From assembly GCA_977018835.1 (NCBI GenBank), contig OZ361259.1:1488001-1552000 (forward strand): a stretch of 64,000 nucleotides of DNA. Direction: 5' to 3'. Positions 1-10,752 of this stretch are shown piece by piece. The first letter of the stretch is position 1, and each line of letters starts with the position of its first letter. Under the pieces are notes generated by a model. It had not been told where the DNA came from. It worked only from the letters and a program-made list of their open reading frames with translations, and did not search any database. A program made the position numbers and the translations under genes. This DNA is from Minutocellus sp. GHC0000111. Its lineage: Eukaryota.

Positions 1-513
1 AAAGCTTGGGAACGACCCGGGCGATCGACCCAGGACCTCATCCGTCACCGATTGCTCTGGGTTAGCATCGGTCTGCGAACTCTTGAGGCTCTTGGCGTCA
101 TCAAAGCTGCTGACGTTGCGATTCAACAAGCTGCCGTGCAAATTGCCCTTTCCTGGCTTGGCCGATGAGGGCAGTATCTGAATGCCTCCGCCTCCGCCTC
201 CACCTGGCGCCCCACCAGCATCCTGCGGCAGAGGCCTCCCAGTGGTGCTGCCGAGAGCAGTTCCATCAGCACCGCCACCTCTCGGACTCAGCGGGCGATT
301 GGCATTGTGGTGCAACGCCCCCGCCGACTTGGGTGGTTGCAATTGTGCCAAATCGCCATATTGTTGGTGAAATTCCTCCTCCATCGTCAGAAAGTTGTCA
401 TCGTTGAGATATTCCGCCGTCTTCTCATAACTTTTGGATGGTTCCAGTTCGCTGGGCTTTTTGTTGATTTTATGAGGCGGAAAGTGGAATGGCTTGGGCT
501 TGCCACTCGACAT
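1..513 (-). CDS. Hypothetical low-complexity protein, 5' part (runs off window start)
   Basis: ATG at 513 opens a stop-free frame to position 1 (MSSGKPKPFHFPPHKINKKPSELEPSKSYEKTAEYLNDDNF...GGGGGGGIQ...); absent from the ORF track because it has no stop in the window. Confidence 0.6.
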   Translation of the reverse strand, partial: MSSGKPKPFHFPPHKINKKPSELEPSKSYEKTAEYLNDDNFLTMEEEFHQQYGDLAQLQPPKSAGALHHNANRPLSPRGGGADGTALGSTTGRPLPQDAGGAPGGGGGGGIQILPSSAKPGKGNLHGSLLNRNVSSFDDAKSLKSSQTDANPEQSVTDEVLGRSPGSFPSF

Positions 514-1003
514 GATGGGTATGACAGATGTGATAACGCCCGTTGTATCTTCAAGTCTCACTGAAGCGAAGCGAACGAACCCAGCCAGATGCAGAATGAG
601 ACCGCCCGAAAAAGGGATAGGGGTGCAACTTGTGTCGAAATGAATCAATCGAAGTTAGGGAAGACCGAGCAAAAGGCAAGACGAAATGTGTGCAATGTAA
701 AGAGCATTAAATCGGCGAGATACTGAAAGTCAAGCCATCTCGACGATGCATGGGTCGTTCATGCTGCCATGGCTCTCGGCGGCTAAGCGAGCTCTCTGCC
801 TGGGGCTGGGGCGTCGCGTCGGGCGTTTGTTCAGCATTAGTGCCTGGGGCATGCTTTAGTGGGTACAGGTCATGAATCCCATCGAGGAAGTACCTACGTA
901 GCTACGTAGCTACTAGCTAGAGTAGGGCGTACATGTACATGTATGTACTCTAGTAGCTACGTAGTATTGCAAGTCGGGAGGGATAGATGGCCAAGATTCC
1001 GCG

Positions 1004-1529
1004 ATGGATTTCGCGAGCAATCGAATCAAGGATACACCGGTGTAGGCATTCAGCACCTCCTTCTTCCTGAGCCCACCAGATATATCACTGATAGATTGGT
1101 TTCCGTGAACATAGCCATCCTTCCGGTTTGTAGCGTGGTGGTGCAACTCAACAGCCGCGAGCTACTTCCTGCGTTGAAGGAAAGGTTTCCTTTGGATGAA
1201 TTTTCGATAGCAAGTTTTGTTCCCGCCGCCTGCGTTCGTTCGTCCAACACTTCTACTATCCTGCGTACGTGTCCCCCTTTGTCGACTACATGTATGCCAA
1301 TGACAAGGTACCAAAAGAAACAATTGAAATTGCACCACCGCCCATTGCTGAAGCCGACACAAAGACGAATGGTGCGAGAAGATCTGGCAACATCTTCAAA
1401 TGGCCGATCCTTGGTGGCGCTTGTTGTGAACAAATGAAGAAAGAAATGAACCGGGAGGAACGAATAAAAGTGGTGCTTGCGATCCAGAGTGTTTATATTG
1501 TCATTATTATTTGTATCATTGTCGTCTAG
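1004..1529 (+). CDS. Possible small C-terminally anchored hypothetical protein; exon structure unresolved
   Basis: ORF 1269-1529 ends in a hydrophobic tail (VVLAIQSVYIVIIICIIVV); upstream coding-like sequence is in another frame. Confidence 0.25.
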
Positions 1530-1664
1530 CTAGCTACATGTACGCAGTAGTCACACACTCATAAAAATGTAACATAATGCTATCATAGGAATTCCTATCG
1601 AAACCATACCGCTATCGGTGGCTACGCAGCTGTACACACTTCACTTATTTCTGATTTTCTCTGG

Positions 1665-1737
1665 CGTCCTGATTTATCAGCTGCGACGCAATTATAAATA
1701 CTTGGTGCATTGCATTGCAACGTCATTCATCAGGTCG
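1665..1737 (-). promoter_or_regulatory. SECIS element in the 3' UTR of the SelU-like gene
   Basis: Minus strand reads cgaCCTGAT ga ATGAC GTTGCAATGCAAT gcaccaagtatttata ATTGCGTCGCAGC TGAT aa ATCAGGacg: helix I CCTGAT/ATCAGG, AUGA...GA core, up to 13-bp helix II with one mismatch, AA 11-12 nt after the core; about 55 nt past the stop. Confidence 0.82.
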
Positions 1738-1793
1738 TTCAGAAAAAACATTCAAGCAGGACATTCCATGTGCACATATTTATCCATTCATTG

Positions 1794-2644
1794 CTACATG
1801 TATTGCCTTGCAGTTGCCAATGCCTTGTCAACCATTTCATTTGGCAGAGCGTGCGCAGCTGTGGCTTCGTCATAATGCGCATATACCGTTCGATCGCCAT
1901 TGAAAATAAATGCCCCTCCTTGATTAAATGCCTGGTCCTGCTTTGGCGGTATGTAGAAAGCATCTTTCCACTTGGACAAAACTTCACTTAACTCATCTGA
2001 GAACATCTTGCCATCGCGGAATAATCTATTCTTGAATGCGAGTGGAGTCGCTGGATTGAAGAAGGTCCTTGCCAGGCTCTATTCAAATCAAGATTATTGT
2101 ACAAGGAATTGGTTGGATCTACAACAACAAAGCTTTCGCCATCTTCCACACCCAAATGCTCACACAAAGCCTTGCCCTTTTCGGGGAGTCCGATAGAAAC
2201 GATTACAAGCTTCACACCAGCCGCCAGGAGTTCATCTCTGCGTTTATTGTATTGCAGTATCTGCTCCTGGCAGAAGGGTCAGCCGAGACTTCGAAGGAAG
2301 ACGACCAGTGACGGTCCTGTTTCTCCCAGCAAACTATCCATGTTGGTTTCCACCCCATTGAGAGTAAACAAAGTACTCTGGCCGATGGCCACTCTGGGAT
2401 CCAACGCCCGCGCGGCCTCGGAGGGCGCACCAGAAACGATGGCACCGCCACATCCACAGTCTTCATCTGTCGATACAGTGGCAGAAAGTTGGGCGAGCTG
2501 CCGCTGTCGGCAATTACTCCTCATAGCATGTGATGTTGGGCGCCGACGGGTGGCTGCTTGGGTGTGCTGGGGCACCACAAAGGCAGATCCACAGCGCAGC
2601 GGCGCAAGCAGCACCAATGCCGTCGCTCCTCGCATTGGGCGCAT
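1794..2644 (-). CDS. Selenoprotein U-like / AhpC-TSA (PRXL2-type) thioredoxin-fold protein, plastid-targeted, Sec codon at 2279-2281
   Basis: Reading through TGA gives LVVFLRSLG-U-PF-C-QEQILQYNKRRDELLAAGVKLVIVSIG...VDPTNSLY. After a 1-nt frameshift near 2076 it continues LARTFFNPATP...FNQGGAFIFNGDRTVYAHYDEATAAH to the stop at 1794. Signal peptide ends GSA-FVV (ASAFAP-like). Confidence 0.88.
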
Positions 2645-2747
2645 TGTTATTTGTTGACCTTGCCTTTCGGGTTGTATGCTTTGTACGCAAGTCGACTACC
2701 GTGCCATGTGCGCGTCGTAGGACGTCGGACGCGACGCGACGATCGCC

Positions 2748-2798
2748 GTTGCGCCGTTGCGCAAGCTCATCGTTGCGACGTTGCGCCAGCTCATCGTT
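2748..2798. repeat. Short 24-bp tandem repeat (about 2 copies) in a CpG-rich upstream region
   Basis: gttgcgccgttgcgcaagctcatc followed by gttgcgacgttgcgccagctcatc gtt. Confidence 0.6.
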
Positions 2799-3322
2799 CA
2801 TGGTTCGATGGTTGCTTGCTTCGCGATGACGTGTTTGCGATCGCATTCGCGCGCGATACGTACGTAGCTCGCTCGCTACTAGCTACGTACGAGCCTCGTA
2901 GACTAGCTACGTACGTCGTAGTAGGACCCGGACAGAAAACGGGCGGGTGAGTTCCTGGGAAAAATGGAGCTCTGAAGCTACCCTGATCAGGGTATTTTGC
3001 ACACAATAGCGATCTTCTTCTTCGCTTCCGTCATCAAAACTGCGACTTTCAAATTCCTAATATATCACAAGATACGCCTCATAGCGTGCGCCCAACACGG
3101 GTCCTAGCTACCGGTAGATCTAGCTACGGTAGTAGATTGTACAGTCCGTAAGAAAAGTCACCACCATCGATCGACAAGAGCTTTTGTGTACATGTACGCC
3201 ACATGAATGCTCTGTACTGACACGTCTTTGCGCCAATAACTCCTTGTGCCTATTAGAAAATATCCGCCACTCTGCTAAGCTTTCAACCTTCTTGCTCTAG
3301 TAGATCTAGACTACATGTAGAT

Positions 3323-4441
3323 CTAATAATGAAAGAGAGACAATCCCGTCAGCTCTTCAATTGCTGGAAGGGCCGTCATCCCCGAGAATCTCCACTGCTT
3401 CCGCACGTAGTCCCATCGTCCACCGTGCTCCTTCAACGCAGCTCGTATCCAATACGTATTGCCACTTACAACAAAGCCACGGGAGGTCCTCTGAACCAAT
3501 ACGCCTTCAGGTGATGGATTGACTTGAGACGGTGTTCCAGCTTCTTCATCTGCGGAATCACTGGAATGATCAGACAACTTGGCTTCAAGTTGCCGAGACT
3601 CCTTGGAATCGCTGGTATCGCTTTCTCTCTTTGACTGCCCAAGCTCTATAGTTTCATTCTCCACGAGATACCGAAACACATCCATACATGCCTTGGCGTC
3701 CACGAGTGCATCGTGACCCCCCTCCAGCTCTTCGCCCTGAACAAAGTGATACGCCTCGGCCAAGCTCGGCCATTTGTAGCCCGACCCAAATTTTGATGGT
3801 AGCTTCAACAAATCAGTGCTGGCCTTCATTGTACAAACTCGTTGCATGTTATCTCCAGGACGACCAATCGATATCATGGTGTCAAAGTAATTTTCATTCC
3901 GTCCCTTGGTCAAGGCTCTGGTTCGTCCGAGTGCGGCTTCCATAACAGCCGCGTCGAAGGATAAATTATGTGCCACCACAATATCAGCTCGTTCATACAG
4001 CCCCAAAAACATGCGAATGGCAACATCTGGATCAACGCCGTATCGACGACAATCTTCCGACGAAATGCCATGCGTCTCCTGTGCACCTGGTTCAATCGTC
4101 ACGCCAGGACGGCTTTGGACCAGCATGGATACTTGCGATCGGGTTTGCCATGTTTGGGTGTCGACCAGCAGCATCCCCAACTGGACCAAATCGGGCTGAA
4201 ATGGATGCGACGGTGGAAAATTGAAGTCCACCCGGCCTGTGGTTTCTGTATCAAATACGAGGGCCGTCGTGCCGGAGGAGCGTGGAAGTGCCGAGGACGA
4301 TGACTGGTCGGCGGCATTATGGGCGGGTGCAGATGATGACGACGAAAATGCTGCTCGCCGAGCGTAACATGTACTGGCTCGGACAAACGCCGATGCGCTC
4401 AAGCATGAACATGTCCGAGGTATCAGAGATAGAACGGCCAT
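3323..4441 (-). CDS. DEDDh 3'-5' exonuclease (DnaQ/RNase T family) with organellar-type presequence and small C-terminal domain
   Basis: ExoI LVFDTETTG, ExoII VAHNLSFD, ExoIII HDALVDAKAC; Ser/Arg/Ala-rich N-terminus; C-terminal VSGNTYWIRAALKEHGGRWDYVRKQW. Confidence 0.9.
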   Translation of the reverse strand: MAVLSLIPRTCSCLSASAFVRASTCYARRAAFSSSSSAPAHNAADQSSSSALPRSSGTTALVFDTETTGRVDFNFPPSHPFQPDLVQLGMLLVDTQTWQTRSQVSMLVQSRPGVTIEPGAQETHGISSEDCRRYGVDPDVAIRMFLGLYERADIVVAHNLSFDAAVMEAALGRTRALTKGRNENYFDTMISIGRPGDNMQRVCTMKASTDLLKLPSKFGSGYKWPSLAEAYHFVQGEELEGGHDALVDAKACMDVFRYLVENETIELGQSKRESDTSDSKESRQLEAKLSDHSSDSADEEAGTPSQVNPSPEGVLVQRTSRGFVVSGNTYWIRAALKEHGGRWDYVRKQWRFSGMTALPAIEELTGLSLFHY

Positions 4442-5076
4442 GGTTGGTACTAGCTAGTAGCGAGGGTGGAAAGGAGCATGTGGAGTTGCCCAGTGTTTTC
4501 CGCCTTGCTTGACCGCTCAAATTTTTATAGTTATTATACCTTATTTGCATCCGGTCAGACAGGAACGACCATACCAAGGTGGCAGCACCGCATCCCGTTC
4601 GCTCTGCGAAGTTAAGCACCTTCGGGCTCAGTTAGTCTACGGTGGGGGACCACGTTGGAATCCTGAGTGTTGTTCTTTTGTTCTTTTGCCCCCCCAAGTG
4701 TCCCTTTATTCGCCTTTTGGGATCCCTATTCGTATTGGCGTATTGGTAGAGTCTTTTGTTTTTTGTTCCCTCCTTCGAGATCTCCCGAGAGATGCCCACT
4801 GAGCCATTGAGATACACATGCATATGCTGATATTACACTTTACACAGGAGGATCGCATTGTAAGATGTCCCTCTTCTCTTGATCATATTGTGCTATCGCT
4901 ATAAATAAATATTCTTCTACTAGAATTCCTTTGTAGAAAATTCTATTGTGGTATTTGATCAGCCTGCACCAAGCCTTGGTTACACTTTTCTTTCGATGTT
5001 AATTCAAATGATTGATTCCCCAATGAACGTCTGTATCACAAAGCCAGGCCACCATGGCAGTATACTAGTATGTTCA

Positions 5077-5855
5077 TCAGATATTGATATCCTCGTAGCT
5101 GTCCGCGGCTCGCTTTTTGAAAGTCGACCAAACCGACGGATTGATGTCGCGATCGGGCACAACGCTTCCCGGTCCTTCCGAGTACTGGTCAAGCAGACCG
5201 TCCAAGTAGTCATTGAGAAGGCACATATCATCGGACGACACATCCCCGCCATCCTCGCGCCACACCACGACCGGGCCAATGTTGCCCTGCCACTGACTGG
5301 GGGCAAAGCCGCTCACCAGATCAATCATCATCCAGGTGACCCACTGGTTGTCATAATCGGGCCGGCTTCGAAGGACAGTGCGGGCCTCACCTTGGCAATG
5401 CGGAGGGGAAATCCTAGCTTGGCAGCGATCGGGCAGCTCACCGAGGGATAGTGGCGCGAGTCCTGCAAAATGGCCTTGGGCCAGCGCACCGTCTGACGGA
5501 ATCCGCCGAGGAAATGTTCCTCCCCCGAACACGACATGCGGCACACCTTGACGGTATCTTCGTCGGGTATGGGATCCAAATTCACCCTCTTGATTGCCGC
5601 CGTGGAGCCATTTGTGACGCTCAGGCGACGGACCTCGAAGCGATCGTCGTCGGCGGTCTCCACCTGACGAAGGATCTCGGCGTACTGCCCATTCCACTCG
5701 GGACGGTTCCGAAGATCCTTGAGTTTCACCCATCGGTGTCGGCCGAATGGATTGCGGTACTCCTCGTCGACCAGGCGATTGTCCTCGGCCCTGGAACGCT
5801 CCCATTGGCCGAGTGACTCCGTTACCTCGTCGGCGCTAAGGAATACCGATGACAT
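5077..5855 (-). CDS. Conserved hypothetical protein (one frameshift near 5380)
   Basis: ORF 5328-5855 (WVKLKDLRNRPEWNGQYAEI, SH3-like algal motif) joins the 3' half of ORF 5077-5805 (DNQWVTWMMID..SGFAPSQWQGNIGPVVVWREDG). Confidence 0.6.
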
Positions 5856-6062
5856 GATGGTGGATCTCTCTTGTACAATATGCCTTGCTCTTACATGCTT
5901 ACATGTATCTTGCTTGAGCCCATCGCAAAAGTCCCTTAATTCAACTCCCGGTTGGCACGCAAAAAAAAGCGCCTGACCGGGGGGCCAGCCACTGCCAAGA
6001 AGCTGTCACAAAGATCTCTCTCCAGAAGTTGCTCGCTTCAGCATCATGCACCTCGCAGAGCA

Positions 6063-7826
6063 ATGAAGTCTCCATCTGCTCGCACATCCATCGTTGTGTC
6101 GATAATCATCTTGATCGCGTCGATCGTCGCCACGGTGGTGATTCTACTGCCTCATGATGAGGTCGACAGCGAGACATCGAACTCGCAACAATCACAGAAG
6201 CAGCAGGCGTCAACGAAGGATCGGTCGAGCATTAATGATGACACGGAAGCATCTTCGAGTGCTCATGATGGAGACGGTGTGACTGCAAACCATGCGAATG
6301 GAGAAATCGATGATTTCGGTGCAACTTTTACTAGTAACCCAGTGCTTGCCCCCACATCAACGCCGCCTACGAGAAGTCCTACTTTTGATGTGATGACCAC
6401 ATATATCACAAACGCTCCAGCTATTAGTACAGACATTCCAACGCTGACACCAACGCAGGCGCCAACATTTATCCCAACACCATATCCAGCATCAGACTCA
6501 CCAACACCAGCCCCGATGGCTCCCTTTCTCATCACTGGTTCACTGGTCAATCATCCCGACATTGGGCTCAAAGTAGCTGCCGGCCTTACGGTTCGGGTCG
6601 TGGCCCAATCCGACCAACGCGTCGAATTCACCTCATCAACTGCCACCAAATCTCATTCCGGACGGTGTCTTTTCCACGTTCGGCCAGATGGAGCTGCCAC
6701 GTTTGATGCTGGTACCCACAACGGCGATTGGTATTATTGCAGCAATTCAGAAGTGAAAGAGTATCAAAACAGCGCCTATAATCGATGCAATGGGAACATG
6801 CACAATGGCAAATGCCATGCTGGAGTATATTGTCTACTTTTTGACAAAGATGGGCACGTCAAGGACTATCAGCATAGACTGGGGGGAGATGATATGTGCG
6901 GACACAACGATGGCAGGGGACCAAGTCTACCATCGACGTCGACCAATTGCCAGGGGGGTGTCACGCCTTGGCATACATATGTTTCTTGCGAGGAAACTGG
7001 CTCGGGATATTGCTGGCAGGTCGATCCACGAGGAGTTCGATCGCCTCAACGGATTGCACTGGGGATGAGCAAGCCTGGTGAAGACAAGGGCGGTTGGGAG
7101 GCAATGGCGGTGGATAGCTATAGCAATCCTTCTTGCCCGACATTTTTCTTTTCCGAGGATAGAGTCGATGGGAAGATATGGCGCCTGCGGCAAGATTGTG
7201 GCTCTGATAGCGATGGCGATGGGATGGCTCGACATGAAGGGTGGGATATGCTTCACAAAGGAGACATACTCGTTGATTATCTGGAATTCATAGGTGGGTG
7301 TGAGGAAGATGGCAGTACAAGTAAAGGCAACTTTCGTTGGACCAGAAACAAGTCTGCAGCAGGAGAATCTGCTCGGAGTTGTTACCCCTACGCAGAAGGT
7401 ATTACTACAACCAGAGGCAAGATATTTTTCGTCACAAAGGATAGCGATCTCATCTTTACCCTCGACCAGACAACGGGGCGATGGCAGGGCGTCCACTCGC
7501 ACGCGAATGAGTTGCTATATGGTGATGGCAATTTCCAACGGTGGCCCGATCAGATTTCGGTGCAAAATGACGATTTCATGTTTTTGACAACCGATGGCTC
7601 TTCAACCCCTGGAGTGTTTGTGCACAACATCCCAAGCGGCAAATACTATACTCTTTGGCAAAGCAAAAATATAGGGAAGGGACGAGAAGAGAGCGTCGGC
7701 CATGCCATCTCACCCGATGGCCGTTTTGTTGTTGGGGCTCTCCAAAAGGATGGGAGAGCATTTCTCTTTGCCAGAGAGGACGGAGAGACCTTTTCTGGCT
7801 TCAACTTTGCATTGCGTCGTCGGTGA
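6063..7826 (+). CDS. PhoX-like alkaline phosphatase (DUF839), N-terminal membrane anchor plus Pro/Thr linker
   Basis: PDGAATF, YCSNSE, TSTNCQGGVTPWHTYVSCEE (PhoX NCxGGxTPW..CEE), EAMAVD; hydrophobic IVVSIIILIASIVATVVILL after Met 6063. Confidence 0.82.
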   Translation: MKSPSARTSIVVSIIILIASIVATVVILLPHDEVDSETSNSQQSQKQQASTKDRSSINDDTEASSSAHDGDGVTANHANGEIDDFGATFTSNPVLAPTSTPPTRSPTFDVMTTYITNAPAISTDIPTLTPTQAPTFIPTPYPASDSPTPAPMAPFLITGSLVNHPDIGLKVAAGLTVRVVAQSDQRVEFTSSTATKSHSGRCLFHVRPDGAATFDAGTHNGDWYYCSNSEVKEYQNSAYNRCNGNMHNGKCHAGVYCLLFDKDGHVKDYQHRLGGDDMCGHNDGRGPSLPSTSTNCQGGVTPWHTYVSCEETGSGYCWQVDPRGVRSPQRIALGMSKPGEDKGGWEAMAVDSYSNPSCPTFFFSEDRVDGKIWRLRQDCGSDSDGDGMARHEGWDMLHKGDILVDYLEFIGGCEEDGSTSKGNFRWTRNKSAAGESARSCYPYAEGITTTRGKIFFVTKDSDLIFTLDQTTGRWQGVHSHANELLYGDGNFQRWPDQISVQNDDFMFLTTDGSSTPGVFVHNIPSGKYYTLWQSKNIGKGREESVGHAISPDGRFVVGALQKDGRAFLFAREDGETFSGFNFALRRR

Positions 7827-8049
7827 TATGCAATCTCATAGAAATTTGCAGGGCCTCAATAAATACACAATCTATACACACAGAGGAACCAAATGCATGT
7901 ACTAGGATGCTTTGTTCATCTATTTATTGAATCTCTTTTCTCTTTCGGACTCCACGTGCTTTCCTGTATCGTTGATGCTCCAATTCTCATATCAATTGCC
8001 ATATATATATGCTCACAAAGCGATCCATTCGCCTCGAGCTGTGGTCTCT

Positions 8050-9887
8050 TTACTTTCCAGCCATACCATAATCCTCCACTGCCATCTCACCATCACCAGC
8101 TGCTCCGTCGTTGGCATCTTCGTCATCGGAGGCAAAGGCCACACCATGACCAACCCGCCCGGCCTCATCGACAATGTCCACCAACCCAATCTTGGCGGCC
8201 GATTCGGCCCAAAACTGCTTCCGTCCCCGGGAAGCGTTGGCCTTGGCCTCCTCGTAACGCATCTGCAAGACGGGTGGGACGGCCGGGCAGGATTCGTAGT
8301 GCTTTGACGACCAACGGACGATCTTGGAATAGAAGTGGTACTCCGACAGCGACTTGGGACGGAGGACGTCGGTGGTGTCGCGGCAGTGACGACAACGGAG
8401 GCACAGACGGTGGGTGGCCGAGGTGAGGGATACCGTGTTGGTGGTGGTGTTGGACGAGGGTGGTGTGGTGGTAGTGATGGTGGTTGTGGCCTTGGGGTTT
8501 GTCCGGCGCTTCTTCTTCTTTCGGGTGGAAGCAGGATCGATATTCTCCTTGTTGTCTCCAACGAAGATGCTCATCCCGATGTCATTGTTGAAGGACGACG
8601 AAGAGGAGGCAGAAGTGGAGCCGACAGCGTCCGTGTTGGTAACGGTAGTATTGGTCTTGATGGTACCTTTATTAATAGCAGAGGCAGCGGAGGCGGTGGG
8701 CTCGATGGGTTCCTTGATGCACTCGTACAGCCACCTACGGCCGAAGGCGTGCTGTACAATCATAAAAAGGATAGGGTGTACGGCCGTACATGGTTGCGAT
8801 TGCGATTGCATCAGACAGTGATACACATATTGGTGTGAGGTGAGGTACGCAAGAGCAAAATGCAAATTAACAAACCATACCATCAATGCCGATGGCACGA
8901 TCACACAATAACAAGCAGTGCAATGAATCGTCGGCTACGTACCTTGGCGGCCAGGTTGGCGTCGTCCTCGTCGGTGGCCAGGGTGAGGACGTCCTCGGCC
9001 ATACCGATAGTAGTCGTAGCCGTGGTGGGACGCCACCCAATGATGCCCCCTGCACCACCACCGCCAATGCCGCAACCGATGCTACCACCACCGGCGACGC
9101 TGGCCAAACCGATGCCACCCCCCTCCTCGACAACATCAGGACCCTGAAAGGGGGGCAGGTACCGATCGAGGAGGAGATGGTCGTTCCTGCTGCTTCCGCT
9201 GGTGCTGCCCTCCTTGGTCGTCGATGGCTGCATCATCCGATGACGACGGGGGGCGAAGACGGGCGAGACGACGCTGGTGGGCAGGGCTTCGGGCAGCGTG
9301 GTGGCATGGTTGGTAGTATTGTTCGTATTGGCAGTACCGCCCTTGGGGACGCACTCCATGATGGAGTAGTTGGACGAGCAGGTGGAGGAGTACATCGACG
9401 AGGCAATGGCAGGAGAGGAGTACTCGAAGGCAGATGAGTACGAAAACGACGATGAAGAGGTGGCCGAAACGTACGCCGGGCAATAACCATTATTGGACCC
9501 GTCCTCCATCGTCATATCGGACGCCGTGCGAGGAGTTGTCGTCATCATCGTCATGCTGCCGCTGCCAATGCTCGTCGTACTATTGTGACGATGGTCGCGG
9601 CACCGTTCCAGGACGTCGATCAGGGTGGCCAACCGCCTCTTGCTGCTGCTGCTCCTACTGCTGCTGCTGCTGCCACCGATGCTGCCGGTGCAGTCGATGG
9701 AATTCTTGCCGCCGTTGACTTCGATGATGCTGGAATTCTTTCGTTTCCCGAGACCACCACTTGTGCCGTTGCTGCCGCCGCTACGAGCTCCGAACGCAGG
9801 CGGCGGCTGCTGCTGCTGCTGCCGAGCGACCGGCGAGACGAGGGCGGCTCCCTCGTTGCTGTTGGTAGAGGTGGTAGTTGGGATCAT
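8050..9887 (-). CDS. Diatom-type hypothetical protein with C-terminal CxxC..H..C domain; 2 exons (9887-8943, 8751-8050)
   Basis: Donor AAG|GTACGT and acceptor TACAG|CAC join AAK-HAFGRRWLYE; domain LCLRCRHC...KHYESCPAVP...GRKQFWAESAAKIGLVD. Confidence 0.65.
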
Positions 9888-10752
9888 GGTTTGGGCTTCC
9901 GAATGGACTGTTGTTATTCACCTAACTCGACTGCGAGGCAGAGATGTGCTGGAATTGCCGTGGCGTATTTGGCGTCGTATCCAAAAAACATCGTTGGACT
10001 TGTGGAAATCCGGGTGCTTTTTGCCGGACCTCGCCTCTCGCGCGACGCGCGCGCGAGCGACGCACCAAAAAACATGAAACCTCATTTTGCCGGTCAAAGC
10101 AAGTGATGTCGATGGGAAATGCACGGCAAGCAACGGCCAACAGCAAGGGCATGCCAGCACAGTGCTGGGCGGCATAGAATGAAGCAATGGGCGGGGAAAA
10201 TGGGCCGATGCGAAGGACCTGCGGGTTAGCACTATTTCCATGGCGTAATATCGATGCAATGCTGGCTGAAAGTGGCTTTCATGGAGAAAACACAAAAAGA
10301 CACGCCAATTTCTGACAACAACGCATGAATTGTTGCGCCACGTGGCGGTTCTTGGGAGCATTTCGCCCGCGAAGAACACGCCCAGTCAGTCAAAAAAGAC
10401 CAAAAGACCCCAACTCAATCATTGCAGCAACGCATGCATGCATGCAGCATCTGCCCCTCGGCCTGCGACGTCCAGTCAAAATATTGTGTGACATTTTCCT
10501 TCCATCCGGCATTCGTCCATCCGGCAATCCATCGATCGTCCAATAAAACGCCCCCCTCCTCCTGTCCCACTGTCCTGGTTGTCTCATAATAGCGCTGCCA
10601 AGCGGTGACCAAAATCAAAGAACTTCCTCAGAGTTCATCCCGGCCCTGTCTCGATCTTCTCAGACCTCAGCACAAAACCAAAAAAGACAGAGAAAGCAGG
10701 CGGAGCACCTGACATTTCCCATTGCCATATTTCAATCATTCACATATTGCAT

